Positions 46,363-57,405 of a DNA stretch of 64,000 bases are shown here, piece by piece. This stretch comes from a virus. The number at the start of each line of letters is the position of its first letter. Position 1 is the stretch's first letter. Where the stretch lies: the IMG/VR virus record IMGVR_UViG_3300025892_002268, positions 32,115 through 96,114 of that record. One strand, given 5' to 3'. Both the position numbers and the translations under genes were made by a program. The notes under the pieces are model-generated. The model saw only the letters and a list, made by a program, of their open reading frames with translations. It did not search any database and was not told where the DNA came from.

Positions 46363-47133
46363 ATGTTATCTGAAGATATGGAAAATAACCTATTTGAAGG
46401 AGTTGAAGAATTGCAAACACCATCTAACACAGAAACTTCTGTTAAAAATGTCGTTCTTGAAGATGCACCATCTATGCTATCTCCAGAGTGGCACGATTAC
46501 GCTATGACCTTGTTTCAAGAAGACGAGCTTATGAATGGTCATCCTTTAGTAACTGGTCTCAGGAGAGTATCTGAGATCGTTTTGGGACCAATGGCCTTTA
46601 GTGGACCAACTTGGGTCAAGCCAACTGAAAGAGATGATCATCATGGTAGAGCAACTGTAATCTTTACAATAGAATTTGCTAGTGGGTTAAGATGTTCCGA
46701 AGTAGCAGACTCTTGGGAAGGTAATACTGACGACATGTTCTGTGCGTTCGCTGTAGCTATCGCCAGCACTAGAGCTGAAGCGAGGGCGTTACGAAAAGTT
46801 TTAAAGATTAAAGGCGTTGCAGCAGAAGAGCTTACCAAGAAAGATACAGCCAAGATTGTTCGTGATATTTCCAAGCAAAACAATAGTAGTACTGGAGAGT
46901 ATGAAGACACAGGTAGAATGAGTGATGCACAATCTAACTTTATCGACATAAAATGCAAGCAATTAAATGTAAATGGTGGTAAACTGCTAAATGACGTTTT
47001 CAATGTCAGTAGTAGCAAGAAAATTTCTAAAAAGGTCGCTAGCGATATCATTGATCGTCTCAATGAATATCAAAGAGACAAGGGTTCGATACCAAGTGAA
47101 ATCGCTGGGTACAACGAAGAGTGGAGATCATAA
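46363..47133 (+). CDS. Rad52/Sak-like ssDNA annealing protein (tentative)
   Basis: GLRRVSE...RATVIFTI...AVAIASTRAEARALRKVL; C-terminal SDAQ...ASDIIDRL; SD AAAGGAG. Confidence 0.55.
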   Translation: MLSEDMENNLFEGVEELQTPSNTETSVKNVVLEDAPSMLSPEWHDYAMTLFQEDELMNGHPLVTGLRRVSEIVLGPMAFSGPTWVKPTERDDHHGRATVIFTIEFASGLRCSEVADSWEGNTDDMFCAFAVAIASTRAEARALRKVLKIKGVAAEELTKKDTAKIVRDISKQNNSSTGEYEDTGRMSDAQSNFIDIKCKQLNVNGGKLLNDVFNVSSSKKISKKVASDIIDRLNEYQRDKGSIPSEIAGYNEEWRS

Positions 47134-47465
47134 TGAAGTTAAATTATACAACAGCAAATGGTAGGATTACAGCAGAGTTTGATGCAGATACGCAGCGAGA
47201 ACTCTTTACTCAAATATCTAGATTTCAAGAGGTCTTTGAGGAAGCTAAGTGTGGAAAGTGTGGATCTGAAAATGTCAAGTTCGTAGTTAGGACAGTAGAT
47301 GAAAATGAATATTTTGAACTACGATGTGTTGACTGTGGTGCTAAACTTGCATTTGGTTCCATGAAGAAGGGTGGAGGACTATTTCCAAAGCGTAAAGATG
47401 GAGACACATGGCTTCCTGATAACGGATGGACCAAGTGGAATCCAAAAACTAAAACAGCTGAGTAA
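47133..47465 (+). CDS. zinc-ribbon hypothetical protein
   Basis: CGKCGS...CVDCGA. Confidence 0.65.
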   Translation: MKLNYTTANGRITAEFDADTQRELFTQISRFQEVFEEAKCGKCGSENVKFVVRTVDENEYFELRCVDCGAKLAFGSMKKGGGLFPKRKDGDTWLPDNGWTKWNPKTKTAE

Positions 47466-47483
47466 TATTGGCTTGGTGGGGCG

Positions 47484-47517
47484 AGGGGGAGAGGTGTAAA
47501 AACCTTTCCCCCTTTTT
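47484..47517 (+). terminator. Rho-independent terminator at the strand convergence
   Basis: AGGGGGAGAGGT/ACCTTTCCCCCT stem followed by TTTT. Confidence 0.8.
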
Positions 47518-47589
47518 AATTTTCAATTACTTTTACCCTAAATGGTAGTGCTGGGAACTACCTTTACATAGGCAAGTCGTTGAGAGTTT

Positions 47590-48351
47590 TTATAAGTAAT
47601 CTACAGTAAAGTACAATCCATATTCTCTCTTCTGACCAATTTCGATAGGCGAAGAACTTAGAGAAATATACCAATCATGTCTCATAAATTCTCCAGCTCC
47701 ACCTTTATCGTAATCATTTACGGAAACTCCGGGAACAGTTGATAAGTAATTAAAATAATCTGTGCCAGCACCTGTGTCTGACACTGTGGTGTTGAAACCG
47801 CTAGGTCCGGGAGAATTTGTAAGAGACATTGCTGGAGGATTTCCTCCGACACCCGGATCGAATGTTGTCCAATGGTTTTCAGACTTGCCTCTGTGTGAAA
47901 GGTTTGTTTTATCTTGACCAGCTAGAGGATGTCTAGCTTCATATACGTAGGTTTTAACGTCTACAGCATAATTAGTAATGGCTGACCTATCAAAAATAAT
48001 AATCTTAGGCTGAGAAGCAATTACTGGTGTTTCATGTTCAAATCTAATATTAAGAGTTGTAAGGTAATTGGGGAGTCTACTTAAGTTAATTGGATCAGCT
48101 CCGTTAATCTTAATTTTACCCTCTACAGTTGTTTCAGCTGGAGCTGGATTGCTAAATAAGGCATTATTATTAAGCTGATTCCCCGGTTGACTACCATCTT
48201 CAGTAGTAACCCAAGTAGTCTGCTGAACGTCTGTCAGAGCAACAGGCACTCCAAATTGAGAGCCAAAGAAGCCAATACCACTTCCAGTGGTGTGATCTAT
48301 AAGGTCTTGGGTTTCGTCAGTAACGTTACCGTAAAATGTGATTGTTGCCAT
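47590..48351 (-). CDS. virion structural protein
   Basis: 253 aa starting MATITFY; beta-rich; SD GGAG; last gene of the structural block. Confidence 0.6.
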   Translation of the reverse strand: MATITFYGNVTDETQDLIDHTTGSGIGFFGSQFGVPVALTDVQQTTWVTTEDGSQPGNQLNNNALFSNPAPAETTVEGKIKINGADPINLSRLPNYLTTLNIRFEHETPVIASQPKIIIFDRSAITNYAVDVKTYVYEARHPLAGQDKTNLSHRGKSENHWTTFDPGVGGNPPAMSLTNSPGPSGFNTTVSDTGAGTDYFNYLSTVPGVSVNDYDKGGAGEFMRHDWYISLSSSPIEIGQKREYGLYFTVDYL

Positions 48352-48398
48352 TATTTTTCTCCATTGGTGGGTGTCAACACTATTATATACACGAAAAA

Positions 48399-51300
48399 CT
48401 AGCTAAAAGTTGCTTTAATATAGTTATGCATTTGTATGCCAGTTGTGATATCTGGATTGTTATGTAGGGCTATTCCTATGTCATTATGGCAGTACGTAAA
48501 AATCTCGTATTCTCCGGGGAATGGGCTATTTTGATTATCATCTATTGCTACCTGTGTCGATCTAACACCTACAACACGCTTCTGTCCAGCCTCACTGGGT
48601 TTACTAACCCTTACCATGCCGCTCTGGTCTTTAGGTCCATAGTCCCACATGGGCCTTTCCCAGCAGTAGGCTCTAGAGAACGATACAGTCGCTGATCCTC
48701 CTCCGTTTGGGTTAGTTACCAACATTTCTACAGGCGTATCAAAAGCTTGTGGATCAAACCCTTCTCCTCTGCAAGTATAATTATACTCTTCGTCTTCCTC
48801 TTCGCTTCTATCTGGTATAATTAAAGGACAGTTTTCAGATTCTGTATTGCCAGTAGCACATTCTTCCTTAAAGTCTGAACTATTAGCAATTACAAAACTC
48901 GTAATTCCACCGTTTGCATCTATTGCTGTAACTTTAATAGCTACTCCTTGGGATAATAAACACCTTTGATCTACTTCAAACCCATCGCCACTATCAACAA
49001 CAGCTAGTGTTCCACCAACTCCAATAACTTTTTTGTCATACTTATATCCGTACTTAGTTACAAGTTGACCTCTTCTATCAAATTTGCTTATCCATAACTT
49101 TTTGGATTTTAATTCTATATCAGGGCTTACTACTCCTACCGCAATCTCATCTGATGATAATGCATATCCCGGAGTGTAAATTATCTTTCTAGAGTTTTCA
49201 ACTATCGCATAGTTTGTTTTTGTTGGAACAGTATAATCAACTCTAGTTTCCAAAGCTTTAGTTTTTACTGTAATTTTTTCAAATTTTGCTTCTCCAGAAT
49301 TCCAACTATCAACTTCTGTTTCTACTTCTGCGCCAATGGAACCATGCGGTGCAGGGTTGAAATGAAGAGGTTGTGCGTATTGAGACAACCATAGCGTATC
49401 TTCTCTAGGCCAACCGTCGTATACTTGTACATGCAAAGCGGCTGTTCCAAAACTTTCAATCCTGTCCATAGAAGACCCCCATACAACAGTGGTTCCCTGT
49501 ATGGTCTTTCCTCTAGTATCATTTACCCAACTTCCAATAAATGGCAGTATGGTAAGATTAATGCTACCACCACCACCACCCCCATAAAAAACACCTTGAG
49601 TGCCAAACACTTGCTCAGTATCCACATTTAAAGTCCAGTTTCCATTTCTAAAAACTAAACGTCTACCACACGTTGTGCCTACAGCATTCGCGCCAAGATA
49701 CTGAGGATTGAGATTATCATCTCCGAACATATCATAGCAACCTTGAGGTCTATGGAATTGGCTAGGCTCTTTTTGCACAAAAGCGTCATACTTTGGACCA
49801 GCATATGTTTGGCTAGTAGTATAAAGATGTTCGCCAGCATCACTTTTAGAAGCTACATTGCCAAATGACGCATTGCCAAAAAGGTTTGTGCCCGGAGCCA
49901 TGCCATGAAATTGGGCTGCGCCGTCATAAAAATTTCTACACTGTTTTTCTGTACCACTAAAGTTACCAGCATCTATAATTCTAGTTGTAGAGTCAAGATG
50001 AGCATAAAGTTCTGCTGAACAAAGAGAAAACTGTATAGTATTAGCATCATTTGGTTTAGCATTCCAACCACTCGCGTATATGTAACGATTAGGTGAGGAT
50101 CTCAAGTTTGATATTTCTGCTGGAGTACCACCGTTTATTTTTAAAATTAAATCCTGATGGTCTTCAATTGGAGAACCATCATACTCTCCCGAAGAGTTTT
50201 TAAATGGCCCAAGGGTGGCTACTTCTGCTGGAATTTGAAATTCACTTCTATCCTTAAACTTTTTACCAGCATACCCCCCATTAAACACTGGTCCCCAAAA
50301 CATATTAATCTGTTGAACATCTAAGTCATCAATTATTACTGATGTCGAATCTTGAGTAGGAGCAGCAACATTAATTCTTTCACTATAAGCATTGTCTGGC
50401 AAAGTTCCAGTTGTGGTATTTGGTCTACCTAGACTGCTTTTAGTTTGATTAAGAGCGTTATCTTGAAAGTAATCAATAGAGAGTAATCTAGTTTCATTAG
50501 TATTGTAAAACTTATCATAAACAAAATCAATAACTTCATCGCCAGCCTGTACAAAATCTCCATTCGTTAGTCTAAAATAATCGTCAGAACTAGCTAAGAA
50601 TTTAGAAAACAACCACGGACCTTTAAAAGCAGGAGGTCGTTCTTGTATAACGCCTTCTCCGCTAATTTTAATTAACAAATTTTCTCCATCAATCTGCATG
50701 ACTAGAGCTATTTCACCTTTAGAAAATAGTTGAGTAGTCCTATTTACAACTCTAACTTTTTCAACTTTAGTCTTACTGTCATACTTTACTATATTGGGAC
50801 CAAAAGATCGAGGATTATTATCTTGTACAGTCATAGGCATAGCTGATCCGGTTTTAAAATCTGACACAGAAGCTGATGCTGAACCTCCATAAAAGTAATC
50901 AGAATCATAGTCCAGACCATCGGGAGATACGGCTGGATCTAATATCTCAGCAGCGTCTATATCATCTAAAAGCATACACAAAAAACTAGAACTAGATTCC
51001 CACATTCCTTCTGTATGATTGTATATCATTTTTAAAGGAGCCGATACCATAGAAGCGAAGTCTGATTCTGTTATATTTACCTTACCAACATATACTCCAG
51101 TGTCCTCTTTTAAAGATTGTTTAAAAGCGTACTTAGCCCCACTGCGCCTTCTGGGGTGGGCCGTAAACATGGTATCTGATTTGAAGGCTGGAACGCGATT
51201 AGTTGATTCTTGGTGTTTTTTATGAAAATAAAGCTTCACACTTTTAGAATAACCATTATCATCCAACAGGTCTTTTCCGGTTGTCCAATTTCTATTAGCA

Positions 51301-51692
51301 ATCAAACATCCTTCAGGGCTATTTTGAATTTGTGCAATTTTCTTTTCTTTGTTAGATAAATTAGCTGTTTCTATCCTTTCTTTATAAGGCGTATCATTAA
51401 CATAGTCTAACAACTCAATCAACTCATTAAGTGTGTAAGTTTTAATAGTATAGCCACCAGAAGCGTCATACAACTTGTGTTGAAAAGAAACTGCTCCATA
51501 CTCTGTAGTCAAAAAATTAAATATATCAAAACCAGCATAATCATGTAGTGGTCCGGGCAAGTTTGAGTTTGATTCTTTTATTATTTCTTTAAAATCTTCT
51601 CTACTCATAACAGCCAATCCATAGCGTTGTAATCCCGCTATGTAAAAATAGTGTCCAGCTGGCAATGAACTTATAGCATTTCCTTTGTGCAT
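48399..51692 (-). CDS. large virion structural protein (baseplate/tail)
   Basis: 1097 aa; VVDSGDGF...VTAIDANGGITSFVI repeat type seen in baseplate/fibre proteins. Confidence 0.6.
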   Translation of the reverse strand: MHKGNAISSLPAGHYFYIAGLQRYGLAVMSREDFKEIIKESNSNLPGPLHDYAGFDIFNFLTTEYGAVSFQHKLYDASGGYTIKTYTLNELIELLDYVNDTPYKERIETANLSNKEKKIAQIQNSPEGCLIANRNWTTGKDLLDDNGYSKSVKLYFHKKHQESTNRVPAFKSDTMFTAHPRRRSGAKYAFKQSLKEDTGVYVGKVNITESDFASMVSAPLKMIYNHTEGMWESSSSFLCMLLDDIDAAEILDPAVSPDGLDYDSDYFYGGSASASVSDFKTGSAMPMTVQDNNPRSFGPNIVKYDSKTKVEKVRVVNRTTQLFSKGEIALVMQIDGENLLIKISGEGVIQERPPAFKGPWLFSKFLASSDDYFRLTNGDFVQAGDEVIDFVYDKFYNTNETRLLSIDYFQDNALNQTKSSLGRPNTTTGTLPDNAYSERINVAAPTQDSTSVIIDDLDVQQINMFWGPVFNGGYAGKKFKDRSEFQIPAEVATLGPFKNSSGEYDGSPIEDHQDLILKINGGTPAEISNLRSSPNRYIYASGWNAKPNDANTIQFSLCSAELYAHLDSTTRIIDAGNFSGTEKQCRNFYDGAAQFHGMAPGTNLFGNASFGNVASKSDAGEHLYTTSQTYAGPKYDAFVQKEPSQFHRPQGCYDMFGDDNLNPQYLGANAVGTTCGRRLVFRNGNWTLNVDTEQVFGTQGVFYGGGGGGSINLTILPFIGSWVNDTRGKTIQGTTVVWGSSMDRIESFGTAALHVQVYDGWPREDTLWLSQYAQPLHFNPAPHGSIGAEVETEVDSWNSGEAKFEKITVKTKALETRVDYTVPTKTNYAIVENSRKIIYTPGYALSSDEIAVGVVSPDIELKSKKLWISKFDRRGQLVTKYGYKYDKKVIGVGGTLAVVDSGDGFEVDQRCLLSQGVAIKVTAIDANGGITSFVIANSSDFKEECATGNTESENCPLIIPDRSEEEDEEYNYTCRGEGFDPQAFDTPVEMLVTNPNGGGSATVSFSRAYCWERPMWDYGPKDQSGMVRVSKPSEAGQKRVVGVRSTQVAIDDNQNSPFPGEYEIFTYCHNDIGIALHNNPDITTGIQMHNYIKATFS

Positions 51693-51704
51693 TATTAACT
51701 CCTG

Positions 51705-54700
51705 TTAGTCATAATATGATACGTCTTCATCATTATCTAGGTCGTCTAAATAAATCATTCTATCAATAGGTTGTTTTATATTAGGCAAAACATAGTGCCA
51801 AGTAAACGAAGCGGGATGGAACATTTCATCATTAGAAGTCGCTATACTATTAAAATAATTCTTATGATATTGAAATCTACTTTGAGCCATTATAGCGCTC
51901 ATCTCTGAAGCGTCTTGTGAGCTTTGCATGGCGCTATTTTTGATCATCAGCCCACTTCCAACAAAATCACCTTCTGGTGGTTTTTCTGGATCATACGACG
52001 TATTATTTATTATTGCTTTAGTAGGCTGAAAATCATATGTGGAAATATTATTATTCTTAGTCTCTCCTCGTTCCAAAGGAGTGCTATGATCTCTTCCGTA
52101 TGATCTATTTCTTTGCACTGTATCAATATAAGATTCTAATCTTTTTTGACCCTCAGCAAAATTAAAATTACTTTTAGAGTTAATAATATTTTTTCTTATC
52201 AGTTTGTTCCTTTGGTCTGTAAGTTCTCTTCCCATGCTAGCGACTTTTTTTAATTGATCTGATCTTTGTTTTTGCATCTTACCAAAAGAGGGAGTATACG
52301 AATCCATAGTTACAGTAGTCTTTACTCCTTGCGTACTAAAGTCTACATTAATACTAGTTATAGCGGGACCATTATTTAGTAAGCCAGCGACAGTCAAGCC
52401 GCTAGGCCAGCCTACCATGTTAAATGACGCTCTCTCGTTAGATAAATCACTTGCAACAGTTCTTGAGGATAAAAGGCTTCCAGCTTCATTCATTCCATTG
52501 TAGCCATTATAATTCCAAGGAGTTAACGATTCGTCTGAAATGTATTCAAGCCTACCGTTATCTGTTGAGGATGTCATCCAAGGACCGTAAGTTCTACGGT
52601 TACTCGTCAAAGGAAGAGCTACTACCATAGGAAAAACTGGCCCCGGTGATGCCATATTAATTCTTCTATTGATTGAAAAAGTTAAACCTTCAACGGCTTT
52701 TTCATACGCTGTACCATCACTACCTTGAATGTCATAATCTTCTACTTTGAAACCAGCTGGTAATGTGGGAATGGTTGACATTCCGGGCATACCTATAACA
52801 ACGTCTTCTCTAAGATAATGAGTTAAATTTGCTAAGTTTACTTTATTTGCCATTCCTTCTTTGTAGAGACCCTCCTCTGTGTATGCAACTCTGGGCAAGG
52901 TTATTAATACATATACATCTGCCCCCTCTGTGTAATAATCAAATCCTGAATTATTTTTAGCTCTGATAAGATCAATTGTCAACAATGTGGCGTTACCACT
53001 ACTGCCTTTAGATGGATGATAAATCGCTGGTCTAATATATTTTGCTTCAGTAGAATTTCCCGTCTCAGGATTAATCATTTTTACATTATCTTCGTCTAGT
53101 TTTTCAACTTTAAAAACGCTTTGCCCATAAACGGGGAATGTTCTTCTTATTGTGGGCGGGCCAAAATAGTATTCAGCGTCCATCTCTGCCTTTGCAAACA
53201 AAGTTGTCGGTGGAGTAGGTGCGCCGTTTGGAGTACCCGGAGGTGGAGTTGTATATGAAAATAATTCATCCGGGAAAGGTTTGTGCATTAAAAAACTGCT
53301 TGGATCTAAACCATCGACATCCATTTCTTTATAGGCAGGTGGATATCTTACATATGCAGGGGTTCGACCATTGCTAGAAAAGAAATTTGTCAGAAGAGGT
53401 GGACTGAGATTTAGTTCTTTTACAGCCCCATTATTACCCCAAGGTATAGCTGGATCTCTTCCTCCTTCTGGCTCTGGATTATAACTAAATTCATAACTTC
53501 CAGCATTAGCATTGTAACCTATCTCTAATGCTCCTTTGTCTCTAGGATTTTTTGGAAGTGGTGTTGCTAACATAAGATCTTTTTTCGCTAAATTCCAAAC
53601 CTTCCCACCGCCAGAAATGTATTGAGTATCAACACTTCCATCAGCTAACCTTTTAATAAAACCAAAAGGATTACCTAAGCCATAACCCGTATTGGGTTTT
53701 TGTGGAATTTTTACTAAAAATTTCTTACCTAGACACTGATCAGTTACGTTCTTTAAAAAAGCGTACAGAGTCTTTGCATTTTCCAAACCATCCTTGGCAA
53801 AAAATCCCATAGCTGCTGTCTCAAATGCATCTGCTTGATTTCTACTTGAGTTAGGCTGTTTTTCATTTGCGTTATTTGGTCCCGGACTAAAAGTACCCTT
53901 ATTCTTTTTAATCGGATTTTTCTGTGGACCATTGCCACCACCTGCTTTTCTAGCATTGTTAGGATTTAACCCTGTTGCGCCACCTCCAGCCGTTATTCCA
54001 ATGGCAGTAGCTCTTCCAAAGTAAAGCGGATATCCATAAGGTGGACTGCACATTCCGGGGTTAAGTCTCCAAGCTGCCATATCATCTGGATGAGGGGGCC
54101 AACAACATCTAGGAACAGTACATTCAACAGATCCTCCATTCCAATCTCTATCATCGTTAGGTCCATCAATAATCTGTCCAGCGTTAACTTTTTCCATGAA
54201 AAGTACATTATAATTTTGAAGAAATTCTACCCATTTGTCAAAGGATATATCAACAGCTCTCAGTTCTAATTCAGTAGCAATATAGTAGTTGCCAACCCCA
54301 GCAGCCTTGCAAGCAGAAGAATCTAACAATATTTGAGTCCACGGTCCAACGCCTCTGGGTATAGTAACTATCTTGCTGCCAAGAAGACCATAGTATGGAA
54401 TAACTTGCTTTTTATACATCTTCTCCAACCTATGCATACCATGTCGAGTGTATGGATAATTATCATGAGCTGCATCAAAGTAATACATATTTGTTTCTTT
54501 TCCACCTGTAACAAATTTGTCCGTCACTTCAGTTGCTAACTCTTGACCTATATCTTTACTTTCTAAATCGAATGGTAAATTTTCTATGTAAGACGCGCTT
54601 ACCTCACCACTACTAGAGTTCCTGTTTATAGTTGATATTTTAATTACGCCAGATATTTTTATATCCGGGTTGGTCTCAGCGTTTGGTCTAGTTACTGATC

Positions 54701-55889
54701 CATCATCTCTAACATATTGTTCTACAAAATTGTTATAATATGATGCAAGTACTGTACCAGTGCGCGGACATAAAGGAACTAATGAAACAGCTAGCTCGTG
54801 ATTAGTAGCATCGCAAAATTCTTGGCACAGCTCTAATAAACTTATAGAATCATATCCTACCATATAGTACGGTCCCGGTATTGGAAGATCAGACAAGTCC
54901 ACGAGATAGTAATGACCTCTAAACTTTATGTATCCACCGTATTGAGAATAGTTAACATCGCCAACCGTAACTGGAAAATCATGCATCCCCATTAATGCAT
55001 TAAATGATTGTATTATTCTAAAAGCTGGTATGCCTAATTCTGTTCTTAAAGACATACCTTCTCCAGTAACAATTCTTCCTTGAACATAAGCATTCTCGTT
55101 GTGAGTCTTGGGAATATTAAGGTCAGGAAATTTTATTGCGCCAACTGTCCATGATGTTTTAAGATTAGCTTTAGTATTAAAAGCCTGTCTATGGTCAGCA
55201 TTAACATGTTCTAAAAAGCCAAATATATTTAAAAGATTATTATTACTATATGTAGTTCCAGCATGATGATTTAACAACAGCTTAACATTAGATAAAATCT
55301 CTCTAGGATCAACAACCGTTACGTTATAACTACGCCCACTGTTAGCGTCTTGGTTATAATCCCACGACTGAAAAAGTCCACCGAACGCAAAATGACTATG
55401 TTTATAATAGTCAGGATCAACCGAAGAATCGTAAGTAGGTTTATTAACTTTATACAAATCGTCTATAGTGCTAAAAAAACTTTGTTCAGTTGATGCATTT
55501 TGATGTCGGGCATATCTTTGTATCTTTCCAAAAGCAAAGTATACTGGTTCTCCAACATTAACTAGGTTAGGATTCCAAACATCGTTATTTGCAGGATCTA
55601 TTGCAAGCCTTACACTTAACTGTGAAACGCTATCACCAAAACCACCGTTACATTGAAATGAAACTATTGAAGCTCCAAGAAACGTTTGTTGCTCAAGTGG
55701 TGGAGGGGTTGTAGTAACTTCAAAAGATCTAATGAGTGGAGCAGGAGTAGTTGTCGTGGGGGGATCAACTTCTAGGGGAGTAGGCTTTAGAATACCCTGT
55801 TCGTCTACCTCAATGTCAAACCCACAACTGTTAGGACCAGATTGTCCCATTAGTTTGTTCTTGAGTTCTTCTTTATTTTCTTTAGCCAT
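51705..55889 (-). CDS. large tail/baseplate hub-like protein
   Basis: 1394 aa; TFLGASIVSF...SQLSVRL N-terminal and ITSINVDFSTQGVKTTV C-terminal hub-like strands; Thr/Pro linkers. Confidence 0.6.
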   Translation of the reverse strand: MAKENKEELKNKLMGQSGPNSCGFDIEVDEQGILKPTPLEVDPPTTTTPAPLIRSFEVTTTPPPLEQQTFLGASIVSFQCNGGFGDSVSQLSVRLAIDPANNDVWNPNLVNVGEPVYFAFGKIQRYARHQNASTEQSFFSTIDDLYKVNKPTYDSSVDPDYYKHSHFAFGGLFQSWDYNQDANSGRSYNVTVVDPREILSNVKLLLNHHAGTTYSNNNLLNIFGFLEHVNADHRQAFNTKANLKTSWTVGAIKFPDLNIPKTHNENAYVQGRIVTGEGMSLRTELGIPAFRIIQSFNALMGMHDFPVTVGDVNYSQYGGYIKFRGHYYLVDLSDLPIPGPYYMVGYDSISLLELCQEFCDATNHELAVSLVPLCPRTGTVLASYYNNFVEQYVRDDGSVTRPNAETNPDIKISGVIKISTINRNSSSGEVSASYIENLPFDLESKDIGQELATEVTDKFVTGGKETNMYYFDAAHDNYPYTRHGMHRLEKMYKKQVIPYYGLLGSKIVTIPRGVGPWTQILLDSSACKAAGVGNYYIATELELRAVDISFDKWVEFLQNYNVLFMEKVNAGQIIDGPNDDRDWNGGSVECTVPRCCWPPHPDDMAAWRLNPGMCSPPYGYPLYFGRATAIGITAGGGATGLNPNNARKAGGGNGPQKNPIKKNKGTFSPGPNNANEKQPNSSRNQADAFETAAMGFFAKDGLENAKTLYAFLKNVTDQCLGKKFLVKIPQKPNTGYGLGNPFGFIKRLADGSVDTQYISGGGKVWNLAKKDLMLATPLPKNPRDKGALEIGYNANAGSYEFSYNPEPEGGRDPAIPWGNNGAVKELNLSPPLLTNFFSSNGRTPAYVRYPPAYKEMDVDGLDPSSFLMHKPFPDELFSYTTPPPGTPNGAPTPPTTLFAKAEMDAEYYFGPPTIRRTFPVYGQSVFKVEKLDEDNVKMINPETGNSTEAKYIRPAIYHPSKGSSGNATLLTIDLIRAKNNSGFDYYTEGADVYVLITLPRVAYTEEGLYKEGMANKVNLANLTHYLREDVVIGMPGMSTIPTLPAGFKVEDYDIQGSDGTAYEKAVEGLTFSINRRINMASPGPVFPMVVALPLTSNRRTYGPWMTSSTDNGRLEYISDESLTPWNYNGYNGMNEAGSLLSSRTVASDLSNERASFNMVGWPSGLTVAGLLNNGPAITSINVDFSTQGVKTTVTMDSYTPSFGKMQKQRSDQLKKVASMGRELTDQRNKLIRKNIINSKSNFNFAEGQKRLESYIDTVQRNRSYGRDHSTPLERGETKNNNISTYDFQPTKAIINNTSYDPEKPPEGDFVGSGLMIKNSAMQSSQDASEMSAIMAQSRFQYHKNYFNSIATSNDEMFHPASFTWHYVLPNIKQPIDRMIYLDDLDNDEDVSYYD

Positions 55890-55905
55890 TATGTTCTCCT
55901 ATAGT

Positions 55906-57405
55906 TTATTCGTAAACCCAAGTCTTGGATCTTATGAATCTTCTCTCAGCACTATCCCACTGGGTAGAAGCAGCTGCCTCAAAAATAATATTACCATTTG
56001 GCCTATATTGACTTTCTATATTCTGAGTTCCCGGACCAGACGCATTACCAAACCCCGGCAAGTACTTTACTTCTATTTGAAACTCTCTACTTTTTTCTGT
56101 TTTTCCATAAGTGTCTTGCAAAATTGGACCTGTCATCCTACCAATAACAGGAACTGTTGCAAAAATTCTTCTTTGAGGATTATTAGTGATGCTTATATTT
56201 TCAAAAGAAACATTTGGAACTTCAAAAGTTGTAGTATTATCTTTAGAATAATTTAATGTAAAGTCTACAGAACTACTACCATAATTTCTAGTAACACTTG
56301 TTGAAGCAGGATCATTAGGGTCTATTTGAGACAATTCGGTAAAAAATGATTTTAACTTTCCTCCCGCTGCGTCTTTTATAGTAGTAAAAGCGTCAACAGC
56401 GTGTGAAATATACTGACTCTTAGCTGTTTGAAAGCCTACTTTTATTCCAATTATATTACCTGTAACGCTACCTGTCGGGTTATCTTCTTGCTTGTCATCT
56501 TCAAGGTTATAACTAACAGTACCTACAACTTTTTTACTATAACCAGAGGTAGGGATTAGCATAAACGAAGAAGCGTATGTTACCGTACCATCAGTAGGAT
56601 TTGTAGTGGTACTAAAATTAATGTTAGCCGCTTGGTATTCTGTTGTAGCACTTCCACCACCACCATCCTTCAAGTCTAATATGTTGAATCCTGTCTGCAA
56701 ATAAATTGATGTTGTGCCTGCAAATTTTCTCTTAGCTCTAATAAATGCATTAGCATCTAATACATCTAAAGCATTTACTGTTATACTTTCTGTTCCAGAC
56801 AACATAGAAGTAGTTATTACTTCAGTCTCTCCTGTATTAAAATAACCCATACTAGTATCTTCACTAACATTAAAATCATATGTATACTCAATATGATCGT
56901 TATCCATCTTGTCAGTGTGATAGGATTCAAAAACTAATGTGTACTCACCAACTTGAGCGTTATTGCCTTCTGGAAAGTCAATAGATATAACGTTACAATT
57001 TTCAAAAGAAGTTAGTAACACACCGGCTGCATCATTAATTTCTACAGTAACAAATTTCTGTAAAACAGCCTTACGGAGAGCTTCGTGTTGTTGAAAAATC
57101 CATTTAGTTGTCTCGGGGCCGGGAGGTATTGATGGTTGCCCATTGATGATTGGTGGTATGAAAAAACCAGTAAATGTTATAGTATCTTTTCTGGCAATTT
57201 CATCATGCTTTGTTCCTTGATCGTAATCATCAACATTACTCCTGTCAAAAATAACTTGTGAACTAACACCCACAGTCGGAGCAGGGTTTGGGAAAGTATA
57301 ATTAGTAGCCCCATCGACCACAGAGTCTCCAAACCTCTTTTTTGAAGCCAATCCCGGTTTATAAATATAAATCTTATTAGAAGAATTATTAACTTGGTTG
57401 CTCAT
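55906..57405 (-). CDS. tail/baseplate structural protein (paralog of 57389-59692)
   Basis: Shares TFTG, NCxxISIDF, YTxxFES and PxxGxxxGPxLQ blocks with its neighbour. Confidence 0.65.
   Translation of the reverse strand: MSNQVNNSSNKIYIYKPGLASKKRFGDSVVDGATNYTFPNPAPTVGVSSQVIFDRSNVDDYDQGTKHDEIARKDTITFTGFFIPPIINGQPSIPPGPETTKWIFQQHEALRKAVLQKFVTVEINDAAGVLLTSFENCNVISIDFPEGNNAQVGEYTLVFESYHTDKMDNDHIEYTYDFNVSEDTSMGYFNTGETEVITTSMLSGTESITVNALDVLDANAFIRAKRKFAGTTSIYLQTGFNILDLKDGGGGSATTEYQAANINFSTTTNPTDGTVTYASSFMLIPTSGYSKKVVGTVSYNLEDDKQEDNPTGSVTGNIIGIKVGFQTAKSQYISHAVDAFTTIKDAAGGKLKSFFTELSQIDPNDPASTSVTRNYGSSSVDFTLNYSKDNTTTFEVPNVSFENISITNNPQRRIFATVPVIGRMTGPILQDTYGKTEKSREFQIEVKYLPGFGNASGPGTQNIESQYRPNGNIIFEAAASTQWDSAERRFIRSKTWVYE

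Noticed and set aside
55732-56256. 174-aa + strand ORF, and other short antisense ORFs such as 20270-20776, 45728-46180 and 46641-47063
   Set aside because: Shadow ORFs opposite well-supported genes, with no SD or motifs.
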